Source: Promethearchaeota archaeon
GTDB taxonomy: Archaea; Asgardarchaeota; Heimdallarchaeia; Hodarchaeales; Hodarchaeaceae
Assembly: GCA_048938105.1 (NCBI GenBank)
Contig: JBHLMN010000038.1
Location: 1 to 14,805 of the forward strand
Direction of reading: 5' to 3'
Length of the DNA stretch: 14,805 nt
In this document: positions 1-7,874 of the stretch, in pieces
Numbering within the stretch: the first letter of the stretch is position 1
Layout: every line of letters begins with the position of its first letter
The notes under the pieces: model-generated
Databases searched by the model: none
What the model was told of the DNA's origin: nothing
What the model saw: the letters and a program-made list of their open reading frames with translations, nothing else
Translations under genes and position numbers: made by a program

Positions 1-127
1 TTTTGATAATTTCATCAGAATAAAAACTAATATTTTTCTATATAAGCACATGAATTATTATACAGCTCACCAACCCTACATTTAGATAGGAATGTATTAT
101 ATACAGTGGTATTATACTTTTATAATC

Positions 128-148
128 TAAACCAACCTTTTACGATGT
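128..148 (+). repeat. Dispersed boundary motif, copy A
   Basis: TAAACCAACCTTTTACGATGT, 18/21 to core TAATCCAGCCTTTTACGACGT. Confidence 0.65.
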
Positions 149-271
149 ATTATCAAGAAGCAATTCTTTGTATAATTTGTGATTACAATAAAAATTCTTT
201 TGTTTTAAAAAGATGCATGTATTTGTTGTTATTTTTACTGTAAACACCACAATGGCAACAACAGGCTTGTT

Positions 272-379
272 ACAGCAACGATAACTACAATTTTGGCTTT
301 TAGCTCCTTCCCTGGGTTCTTCACCATCCTATTATTCTTTACTACTCTAGTAGTTATTCGTAGATATAAGAAGACATAA
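272..379 (+). pseudogene. Orphan C-terminal remnant of a surface protein (Thr-rich linker + PGF motif + TM helix + basic tail)
   Basis: Manual translation of 272-379 gives TATITTILAFSSFPGFFTILLFFTTLVVIRRYKKT*, a PGF-CTERM-like sorting signal. No credible upstream protein body is present. The start is approximate. Confidence 0.6.
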
Positions 380-510
380 TCGACATCAATTTAATGTTCT
401 TAGAACTTATCCAACGTTGTCTCGCTGATGACAATCACAATATCATTAAGAAAATAAGTTTGATCATTGCAGTTATAATTTAACGTTAATCGATGTTTAT
501 TCACCATTGT

Positions 511-1443
511 TTACATATCTCGAGCGATGGGAATAATTTCATCACGAAAGATTGATAGTGGCTCTTGTTCAGCTAATGGATTTCGCATGTTAAAGATTGC
601 GTGATCTATTCCCATTTCAGATAGAGTTTTGACCATTGATAGAATGTCATCAACACTTTTCAGATTTTTAGTTCCTCTCGCTGATTTCTCAGGAATATCT
701 GGTTGATCTAAGAAAACAGATCCTAAGGTAGTTTTTTCTATTTCATTATAGGGTCGTCCTTCAGTTTGACAATGCTGTTTAAGAGTCTCTAGTGCTTCTT
801 CAACTTTTTCTATTCCAGCTTCGAGGAAAAGGTTACAGGCATCAGCATATTTAGCAACGAATCTGAGGGTCTTTTTTGGCCCCATCCCACCAATCAAAAT
901 TGGTGGATATTTCTGATAAGGAGGGGGATTACAAAGTGTTTCTTTTAATTGATAGTGTTTCCCCTTAAATTCACCGTTATTCTCTGACCACATTTGTTTT
1001 GTGATTTGAAGAGTTTCCTCTAACATTTCAAATCTAGTTGTCCAATTATAGAAAGGAATACCTAATCCAACTGCTTCTCGTTCAAACCAACCTGCTCCAA
1101 TTCCAAAGTAAGCTCGTCCCTTTGATAATATGTCAAGTGTTGTTACAGCTTTTACTAACATCCCTGGATGTCGATAAATGTTTCCTGTTACCATTGTGCC
1201 TAATTTAACATTCTTAGTCACTGCTGCTGCATAGTTAAGTAATGAATATCCTTCATGCATGTCATCCTTAGCCGGGCCTAACAGATGATTTTCTAGACTA
1301 CCGATTTGAAAGAAATGGTCCATCACCCACAGGCTAGAAAAGCCCGATTCATCCACAGTTTGTACTATCTTTTTGAAATCATCAGGAAATGATTTTCTAC
1401 CTTTTGGAAATGTTAAATTTGGAATTTGAATACCTATTTTCAT
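511..1443 (-). CDS. LLM-class (luciferase-like) F420-dependent oxidoreductase, Rv1855c-like
   Basis: 310 aa with SLWVMDHF, LGTMVTGNIYRHPG, TLDILSKGR, GIGAGWFERE, PILIGGMG and AKYAD, all typical of the luciferase-like monooxygenase superfamily. Confidence 0.9.
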   Translation of the reverse strand: MKIGIQIPNLTFPKGRKSFPDDFKKIVQTVDESGFSSLWVMDHFFQIGSLENHLLGPAKDDMHEGYSLLNYAAAVTKNVKLGTMVTGNIYRHPGMLVKAVTTLDILSKGRAYFGIGAGWFEREAVGLGIPFYNWTTRFEMLEETLQITKQMWSENNGEFKGKHYQLKETLCNPPPYQKYPPILIGGMGPKKTLRFVAKYADACNLFLEAGIEKVEEALETLKQHCQTEGRPYNEIEKTTLGSVFLDQPDIPEKSARGTKNLKSVDDILSMVKTLSEMGIDHAIFNMRNPLAEQEPLSIFRDEIIPIARDM

Positions 1444-1461
1444 AAAACAAAAACAGATTTT

Positions 1462-1480
1462 CTCATTATTAAACCTTTTT
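1462..1480 (-). promoter_or_regulatory. Archaeal BRE/TATA promoter of the LLM gene (probably leaderless)
   Basis: Minus strand reads AAAAAGG-TTTAATAA-TGAG, with the TATA box 23-30 nt upstream of the ATG at 1443. A similar element precedes the YdjM-like gene. Confidence 0.55.
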
Positions 1481-1501
1481 TTGTGAACAACAGAAATCTA
1501 C

Positions 1502-1522
1502 TAATCCAGGCTTTTGTAACGT
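1502..1522 (+). repeat. Dispersed boundary motif, copy B
   Basis: TAATCCAGGCTTTTGTAACGT, 17/21 to core; lies between the LLM promoter and the regulator stop codon. Confidence 0.7.
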
Positions 1523-1537
1523 TGTAAGCTATGAATT

Positions 1538-2542
1538 TCAATTTAACTGGCTATTCATTTTTACATGATCAATAGTGACTTTCAAGGCAAATTTTAGGAT
1601 TGAAAGAAATTTGAACCCTTTAGGAGTAATTTCAAAATTTCTATAGCGAGCATCATGAATCACCTGACTCGACACGTATGTTTTGATGTATTGTAATTCT
1701 CTCAGCTTTTTAATCTCCTTTGATAACGTGGGGAGTGGAATGTTGAGATTTTTAGCTAATTTTACAGGATTTGTGTCGCTTGGATCTTGGTAAGCTATTT
1801 CGATTAACGTTAAAACTGTTCTACCTTTTATTTCAGAGCGTAATTCATGTTGAATATCAGAAGGGAAGTATTCAACCATAGAAGAAGGAGTATATATTTC
1901 TTTGACGTGAGGTGTACCGATTGGTTCCTCAGTAAATCTATTCTGTAGATTATCCAATCCGATTATGAGCTTGTGCCTTATAGATTTGAGATAATCAATT
2001 TTATTAGATTGAAAAAGATCAATAACCATTTGGGGTTTCTTTTTGACTCTATAAACGTAATATCCAAGGCTAAGAGGAGAAAGAAGAAAAATTAGGAAGA
2101 TGAAGCCTATGAGAATTAGATTTTCAAGAGGAAAGGCATCCCCCCTATTATTGATTGTAAAATGATAATCAGAAATATCTTCCTTCATTTCCCAATCTTT
2201 ACTAGTGGCAGTGACTTTTACATAATAATTCGTTCCATATGTTTCATAAAGCTTAGTATTCCAGTCATAATTGGTTATCTTAATTCTAAACGCGAGTTGT
2301 ATCCAGTCTACCCCATTATTGGGTGAATAATACACATCATAATAAGTACTATTACTATAAAATTCTGAGGAAAGTATCCAGCTTATAGTGACTTCTCCAA
2401 TGAGAGTTTCGCCACCGTTTGGATATATAAGTTGAAGCCCATCTGTTTGAACTGACGACAGATGAGCAGAATTCAATAGAAAACCAACATGAATTTTAAA
2501 CATTAGAAATGCGCAAAACACCACTTTAATCGAATTTTTCAT
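1538..2542 (-). CDS. Membrane-anchored one-component regulator: signal peptide + Ig/Fn3-like extracellular domain + TM helix + cytoplasmic MarR-like winged HTH
   Basis: Hydrophobic N-terminus; Ig-like motif IYPNGGETL..ISW..YDVYYSPNNG..W..YDWNT..YYVKVTA..DISD..FTI; TM LILIGFIFLIFLLSPLSLGYYVY followed by RVKKK; wHTH LAKNLNIPLPTLSKEIKKLRELQYI...FEITPKG. Confidence 0.75.
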   Translation of the reverse strand: MKNSIKVVFCAFLMFKIHVGFLLNSAHLSSVQTDGLQLIYPNGGETLIGEVTISWILSSEFYSNSTYYDVYYSPNNGVDWIQLAFRIKITNYDWNTKLYETYGTNYYVKVTATSKDWEMKEDISDYHFTINNRGDAFPLENLILIGFIFLIFLLSPLSLGYYVYRVKKKPQMVIDLFQSNKIDYLKSIRHKLIIGLDNLQNRFTEEPIGTPHVKEIYTPSSMVEYFPSDIQHELRSEIKGRTVLTLIEIAYQDPSDTNPVKLAKNLNIPLPTLSKEIKKLRELQYIKTYVSSQVIHDARYRNFEITPKGFKFLSILKFALKVTIDHVKMNSQLN

Positions 2543-2765
2543 TATCTATTCCAATCAATGAACTCTAGTTTTGGTATTCCTTCATTTGTCATATCTGCCC
2601 ATATTATTCTATCTACAGTATTAAATCTATCTTTCTTAGCAATTGTAATTATTAGATTAAATAAAAATGTTTCCACAATTTGATTGCCCAGATAATGCAC
2701 CTACTACCTTTATAACACGATTAAATAGGATATTGCTCATCAAATAAGTGCTATATTGATTAAAA

Positions 2766-2800
2766 GAGAAGTTATAAATACTTTCCAAATGGAAACTATT
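2766..2800 (+). promoter_or_regulatory. BRE/TATA box plus adjacent palindromic operator upstream of the LVIVD gene
   Basis: GAGAAG-TTATAAAT (TATA 2772-2779) overlaps the inverted repeat AATAcTTTCCA-AA-TGGAAAcTATT (2777-2800). Confidence 0.55.
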
Positions 2801-2858
2801 CTAGGTCCTTTAATACTAGACTTTTATCACGGTACTTAAAACAACAAGGTCTCTTGAG

Positions 2859-3998
2859 ATGTGTGTGATATTTCTACGTTTTAACAAGTTAAGATGGAGT
2901 CAATACCTTCTGATTATTATTCAGTTGTCTACTCTTCCTATCATTTTTCAACGAGTTGAAGCTAATAGTTCTCAATATACTCTAATAGAGCTTAGCTCCA
3001 TCCCAGCACAGTCTGGCTCCCAAATTGTGGATGTTAAGATTATTAATAACACCCTTTTCGTACTCGACGCTTTTCATGGATTAGTAACCTATAATGTAAG
3101 TGACCCAGCTCATCCTTCCCAGTTAGGACATTTTTCTGATTTAAATACGTTTGTCCACTCTATCATAATCGTTGATGAGTATGCATATTTATCTGATTAT
3201 GAGGATGGATTAGAAATTATTGATATATCAGGGCCAGCGAACCTTCAGATTATTGGTAGATATAGACCTGATATCAGTTCGCCTGCCACATCCATAGACG
3301 CTTATTTTTCGAATAATCTTGTCTTTTTGGCTTCCCAAAGCCGTGGATTAGAGATCATTAATTGTTCGGATCCATCTAATCCTATTATTATCGGAACCTA
3401 TTACGATAATCACCGTGTTATTAGAGTTTTCTCGTTGGAAAATCTGGTTTTTATATCAGAGGCATTTAATGGTTTTAAAATTCTTAATATTACAAATGGT
3501 GCTTATTCTGAGATTTATCATTTCCAAGATTCGGTCAGCTACCAAGATTTTCAAGTGCAAAACGATTTATTATATACCACTGACATCAATTTTGGGATCC
3601 AAGTTTTTAACATCAGTATTCTCTCAAGTATTACTAAGGTTGGAGAATATAATACCGGAAGGGCTCATGGTTTTGTGCTCGAAAACAAGAACGCAAAAGT
3701 ACTTTGTTATGTTTCAACTTGGGATAAGGGGTTACAAATGTTTAATGTTAGTAATCCAAAAAATATTGATTTCTTAACTCAATACAATGATGGTGGAGAT
3801 GCTTATCATGTTGCTGTTAGTGATGAATTGGTCTTTGTTGCTGAATTTAAAGATGGGTTGGAAATTTTGAAAATTGTTTCATCTCCAGCAGAAACAACTA
3901 CTACCTCATCCACGACTACTTCTCCTAGTTTTACCCTAGTTGTGATTGTACTTTTTGTATTAATGCCATGGCTGCATAAGTATAAGAAAAACTCTTAA
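2859..3998 (+). CDS. LVIVD-repeat (beta-propeller) cell-surface protein with C-terminal membrane anchor
   Basis: Repeated ~43-aa units such as YAYLSDYEDGLEIIDISGPAN, LVFLASQSRGLEIINCSDPSNP and LVFVAEFKDGLEILKI. Has an N-terminal signal and a Thr/Ser linker + PSF + TM + KYKK tail. Confidence 0.85.
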   Translation: MCVIFLRFNKLRWSQYLLIIIQLSTLPIIFQRVEANSSQYTLIELSSIPAQSGSQIVDVKIINNTLFVLDAFHGLVTYNVSDPAHPSQLGHFSDLNTFVHSIIIVDEYAYLSDYEDGLEIIDISGPANLQIIGRYRPDISSPATSIDAYFSNNLVFLASQSRGLEIINCSDPSNPIIIGTYYDNHRVIRVFSLENLVFISEAFNGFKILNITNGAYSEIYHFQDSVSYQDFQVQNDLLYTTDINFGIQVFNISILSSITKVGEYNTGRAHGFVLENKNAKVLCYVSTWDKGLQMFNVSNPKNIDFLTQYNDGGDAYHVAVSDELVFVAEFKDGLEILKIVSSPAETTTTSSTTTSPSFTLVVIVLFVLMPWLHKYKKNS

Positions 3999-4074
3999 CA
4001 TTCACTCCTTTAACAGTAATTATATCTCCATACCCCTCTACATTCTGTGAAAGGACTTGTAGTGAGATAATTAA

Positions 4075-4278
4075 ATTACGGTTTTATTAAAGGAATGTTA
4101 TTCTGATTATGATGTGCTAGCGAAAGGTGGTTACACTATTCCGATGCGATATCCATTGATGAATGCTGTCGCCTCTGGTTTCATTGTCACAGGAGATGCT
4201 GCGTTTCACGCAAATCCCTTTTCAGCTGAAGGCCACGAACCAGTTTTAGTTGCTGGTTATTATGCAGGAAAAAGTAGT
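4075..4278 (+). pseudogene. Internal fragment of a geranylgeranyl reductase-family FAD oxidoreductase
   Basis: GGYTIPMRYP..NAVASGFIVTGDAAFHANPFSAEGHEPVLVAGYYAG matches the GDAA..NP...EG motif of GGR/DGGGPL reductases. There is no N-terminal GxGxxG, and the remainder of ORF 4114-4410 is not recognisably homologous. Confidence 0.7.
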
Positions 4279-4501
4279 CTTATCCAATGCTATATAACCT
4301 TGTTTATCTCTTATTTTTTATCAGACCTTAAATTTTCTTGGTATTTATGTTGTAAGGGATTTGGCATCTTCTTCTCATTCAATATCTACCTTATGATCCA
4401 GGTTAGATAAATTGATTTTGAAGAATATTCTCAATTCACAAATTCAATTGAAGAGTTATTTATCTTTGAAAATGAAGAGTAACTGATTTATTTGAACTAT
4501 T

Positions 4502-4527
4502 GGTATTAATCCAGCCTTTGACGACGT
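4502..4527 (+). repeat. Dispersed boundary motif, copy C
   Basis: GGTAT-TAATCCAGCCTTTGACGACGT, 20/21 to core. Confidence 0.85.
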
Positions 4528-4718
4528 CCTTCACTCAGTGATATCGCACATCTATTCTTTAGATCAATTCACCATAAATTACTTCTATTTTTTGCAGCAA
4601 GATTAGCGGTTATGACAAGAATTGGATGTTTTCTCTCTATTCGGTCATAATCAAGTATGAAGAGGAATTTAAACTGCTGTTAGAAATGAGTGTCAAAATT
4701 TAGGTCCACTAATCATGA

Positions 4719-5210
4719 TCACGAACCAGCTCGTTTCCAGAGAATGTATCCAAAAAGAGCCGAAATAGCAAATGCTGATATTTGATCTAGTGCGTAAACA
4801 GCAAGAAGTGGTAATTCAAAGATTAATGCAGGAATATCGTTTGTAGTGGTAAATCCGAAGTCAAGAATTAAGTGAGAAAACCATGCAAGAACGATTGGTG
4901 TTAGTGTCCAAAAATGGTCTTTTGCCATATTTCGCTTAGGAAGGAATATGATTGCGAGGTATACACCTGAGATAATTGCAAACAAAAGTGGAAGAATTGG
5001 ATTATGCCAAAATCCACGATGAGAAAAGAGATAGTCCAATGTTGGATTTCCTGTTTCAACAGTAATCACAGCCCAAATCCCATCAATATCTGGAATAACC
5101 CCTGCAAAAGCCCCTAATACCAGTGTTTTTAAACGATCCTTTTCATCCCAGTGGAAGAAAGGGATTGCAATCAAGAATCCGACAAAAAAATGAGTAGAGT
5201 AACCAGGCAA
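4719..5210 (-). CDS. Membrane-associated metal-dependent hydrolase (YdjM / LexA-binding inner-membrane hydrolase family)
   Basis: Motifs TH, PDID, HRGFWH and SHLILD with several hydrophobic helices; TTG start. Confidence 0.85.
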   Translation of the reverse strand: MPGYSTHFFVGFLIAIPFFHWDEKDRLKTLVLGAFAGVIPDIDGIWAVITVETGNPTLDYLFSHRGFWHNPILPLLFAIISGVYLAIIFLPKRNMAKDHFWTLTPIVLAWFSHLILDFGFTTTNDIPALIFELPLLAVYALDQISAFAISALFGYILWKRAGS

Positions 5211-5239
5211 TTTTTCTCAGCTCGCTTTCTTCTAGATCA

Positions 5240-5258
5240 CTCATTATAAAAACTTTTC
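5240..5258 (-). promoter_or_regulatory. Archaeal BRE/TATA promoter of the YdjM-like gene
   Basis: Minus strand reads GAAAAG-TTTTTATAA-TGAG, about 35-40 nt upstream of the start, and resembles 1462-1480. Confidence 0.5.
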
Positions 5259-5364
5259 TTAGACGAGATTTGACTATCTTATTACTGATCTTCGAAATTC
5301 TGATTTAATTCTTTCATCAAGGATTCGTAAGGGCTATTTGAGATTCTAAATACCTCGTTAGAAA

Positions 5365-5390
5365 GGTGTTAATCCAGCCTTTTGCGTCAA
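5365..5390 (+). repeat. Dispersed boundary motif, copy D
   Basis: GGTGT-TAATCCAGCCTTTTGCGTCAA, 17/21 to core. Confidence 0.8.
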
Positions 5391-5642
5391 ACGTAAACTT
5401 AATATACAACTCATCATTGATAATTGTCTGTTTTCACTGCATTATAGAAATCAAGCCCACTAGGTGTCACTAGATCTAAGTAATACGATGAGAATCCCTT
5501 TTTCTCAACAATAGAAAAAACTTATCAGGGAAGTCACGTGCGAGTATGTCCTCATATCAGATAAATCCATATTTGATAATAATCTGTTAATCAATCCCAT
5601 AAACAGATATAACACCTTCAATACTAAAATGGAGAAACCTAG

Positions 5643-7700
5643 ATGAGAAAAAATGCAACGAAAGACCTTCTATTAGTTTTAATCCTATTTGTGATTGTCT
5701 TTTCAACAAACAAGAATTCCACTATTAACATAGAACAATCTGACATTAAAATTGTTAGTAGATCTTTTAAAGTAGACTATTGGGATCTTACGGATACTCC
5801 TATATATATTGATGATGCCTATCCAAATTTCGATTGGGGTAAGACTGCTGCAGAAAATAGTTGGTGTACAGGTTCGGGGTTATGGAATGATCCTTACATT
5901 ATTGAAAACATATTGATGGATGGAAGTACTGCCAGTGATTGTCTCACTATACTAAATTCTGATGTCTATTTTATAATTAAGAATTGTACAATTAAAAATG
6001 GGGGATATGATATTAAAGGAATCTATTTAGATAATGTAACAAATGGAATATTAGTTAATAACTCATTTAGCAACAATGAAAGGTCTATTGTTATAATGGA
6101 AGGTCATAATGTTACAGTTACAGAAAATAGGTTCTTTAATGACGCATCAAGCATTAATATATGGGGATATTCAGATAATATAACCATTTCAAGAAATATC
6201 ATTTCATCTGCCACTCATGTGGGAATTATCTTATCTCAGGCAAAGAACACCGCTCTTCGAGAAAATAATCTGAGTGAGTGTGGATTACTTCTTCTAGGTA
6301 TCCCCTTTTCTAATCTTGTTAATCTAAAGATAGATACATCAAACACGGTAAATGGAAAACCAATTTATTATGTTATCAATAGAACTGGATTAGATAATAC
6401 CGATTTTGTAAATGCAGGCCAAATAATTCTCGTCAATTGTTCTGATTCTATTATTTCAGGATTAGATATCGCAGGTTCATATATAGGTATATCTTTGTTC
6501 TATTGTAGAAAAATCACTCTTTCAAAAAACAACGTTTATGGGAATCCTTTTTCAGGGATCGAACTAGAATATAGTTTTAACAATATTATTACAAAAAATT
6601 CGATATATAATAATAATCGTGGAATTTACATTAGTTCTTCAAGTCATAATAATACCATAAGTGAAAATAATTGTTCCTCTAATGATTTCATTGGTATTTT
6701 GATTTCAGGTAATAATAACACAATTGTGAAAAATACTATTACTGATGATGAAGGGTTGGTAAGTAATGAGTATTATGGTTATGGTGTTGATATAGAAGAG
6801 ACTTCCATAGATAATATTATTACAGGCAATTTAGTTAATAAATATGGTTCTGGATATCGAATTTCGTATTCAGAGAATAACACGATTGAAAACAATATCG
6901 CAAATGGTAGTAATTTTGGGATACACTTGGTTAATAGTAATTATACAACTGTGATTGGTAATAAGCTAGTAAAGAGTAAATTCAAGAGTATTTTTTTGGA
7001 AAAACACTGTGAAGAAAATGTCTTCCAAGACAATTACTGTAGTTCAGCTATTAATATTCATTCTCCCATATCCAATCAGTTTGTTGGTTATTCTGCACCT
7101 TATTTTCATATCGGAATCGATTTGATTTACCCAATAGATTCTATTTGGTATTCTATTGGCAATAATAATTTCACATGTAGCTTTGGAGGTACAATTGAAC
7201 AGACAGAATGGTCTTCTTTACCTGATGGACCTGTTGTTATTACTTTTTATGCAAATGACTCAATGAACAATTTGGGTTCTGGAGAAGTTATTGTATTAAA
7301 AGATACTGAATATCCTATTATAAAAATAATCTCACCAAGTCCCAACGACGTTTTTGATAATGCTCCAGAGTTTATTGTAAGGATAACTGATGACAATATT
7401 GATACTATGTGGTATACTCTCAATTATGGTTCTACTCAATTTATCTTTACAACTAATGGTACAATTGATCAAACGACATGGTCTTCCTTATCTGAAGGAG
7501 ATATCATCATAATATTTTTCGCTAATGATACTTATGGTTCTCAAACTAATCAAGAGGTTGTCGTTATCAAGAGTCAATATAGTGAAACAACTTCTTCTGA
7601 AAGTTCTGATCACCGTACTCATTGGATTTTTCTTGATATAATCTTACTCCTCCCCATTTTCACTCTAATAATTTTCTTTAGAAACAGGAAAAAAGTATAA
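5643..7700 (+). CDS. NosD/right-handed parallel beta-helix cell-surface protein with two Ig-like modules and a C-terminal TM anchor
   Basis: Signal peptide; GSG.WNDPYIIEN motif; many Asn-rich PbH1 repeats (GIYL..NNTI..N); NTVNGKPIYY motif; two ~90-aa ITFYAND-type modules; Ser/Thr linker, TM and RNRKK tail. Confidence 0.85.
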   Translation: MRKNATKDLLLVLILFVIVFSTNKNSTINIEQSDIKIVSRSFKVDYWDLTDTPIYIDDAYPNFDWGKTAAENSWCTGSGLWNDPYIIENILMDGSTASDCLTILNSDVYFIIKNCTIKNGGYDIKGIYLDNVTNGILVNNSFSNNERSIVIMEGHNVTVTENRFFNDASSINIWGYSDNITISRNIISSATHVGIILSQAKNTALRENNLSECGLLLLGIPFSNLVNLKIDTSNTVNGKPIYYVINRTGLDNTDFVNAGQIILVNCSDSIISGLDIAGSYIGISLFYCRKITLSKNNVYGNPFSGIELEYSFNNIITKNSIYNNNRGIYISSSSHNNTISENNCSSNDFIGILISGNNNTIVKNTITDDEGLVSNEYYGYGVDIEETSIDNIITGNLVNKYGSGYRISYSENNTIENNIANGSNFGIHLVNSNYTTVIGNKLVKSKFKSIFLEKHCEENVFQDNYCSSAINIHSPISNQFVGYSAPYFHIGIDLIYPIDSIWYSIGNNNFTCSFGGTIEQTEWSSLPDGPVVITFYANDSMNNLGSGEVIVLKDTEYPIIKIISPSPNDVFDNAPEFIVRITDDNIDTMWYTLNYGSTQFIFTTNGTIDQTTWSSLSEGDIIIIFFANDTYGSQTNQEVVVIKSQYSETTSSESSDHRTHWIFLDIILLLPIFTLIIFFRNRKKV
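7047..7571 (+). repeat. Intragenic tandem duplication (270-bp period) of an Ig-like module
   Basis: GGTACAATTGAACAGACAGAATGGTCTTCTTTACCTGATGGA (7188) versus GGTACAATTGATCAAACGACATGGTCTTCCTTATCTGAAGGA (7458); protein GTIEQTEWSSLPDG versus GTIDQTTWSSLSEG. Confidence 0.75.
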
Positions 7701-7728
7701 GATCTAACAAAAAAGTGAAAATCTATTT

Positions 7729-7750
7729 AGTGTTAATCCTTTTACGAAGT
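7729..7750 (+). repeat. Dispersed boundary motif, copy F (4-bp internal deletion)
   Basis: AGTGT-TAATCC----TTTTACGAAGT, i.e. the consensus lacking AGCC; 28 nt after the NosD stop codon. Confidence 0.6.
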
Positions 7751-7874
7751 TCAGATAGTTTATAGTTACAAATATGGTGGAATAAGTGTCTATATTAATT
7801 TTTAATTCGCAGTCTGCTCTTTTGCATTACTCTCTTTTTTAGAGCCTAATAAAAAAGATAGCGGGAACATCATT

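Noticed and set aside
407-497. TTATCCAACGTTGT (407) and GTTAATCGATGTT (485) as internally deleted motif copies
   Set aside because: Each needs a ~10-bp gap to align and is too short to distinguish from chance in AT-rich DNA.
3415-3777. 120-aa alternative-frame ORF
   Set aside because: Lies wholly inside the LVIVD gene and has no recognisable motifs.
4114-4410. 98-aa ORF as an intact gene
   Set aside because: Only the first ~55 aa resemble GGR and the rest looks like read-through into unrelated DNA. Annotated as a pseudogene fragment instead.
7815-7860. Terminator between the convergent NosD and ABC genes
   Set aside because: T- and A-tracts are present, but no specific structure can be assigned with confidence.
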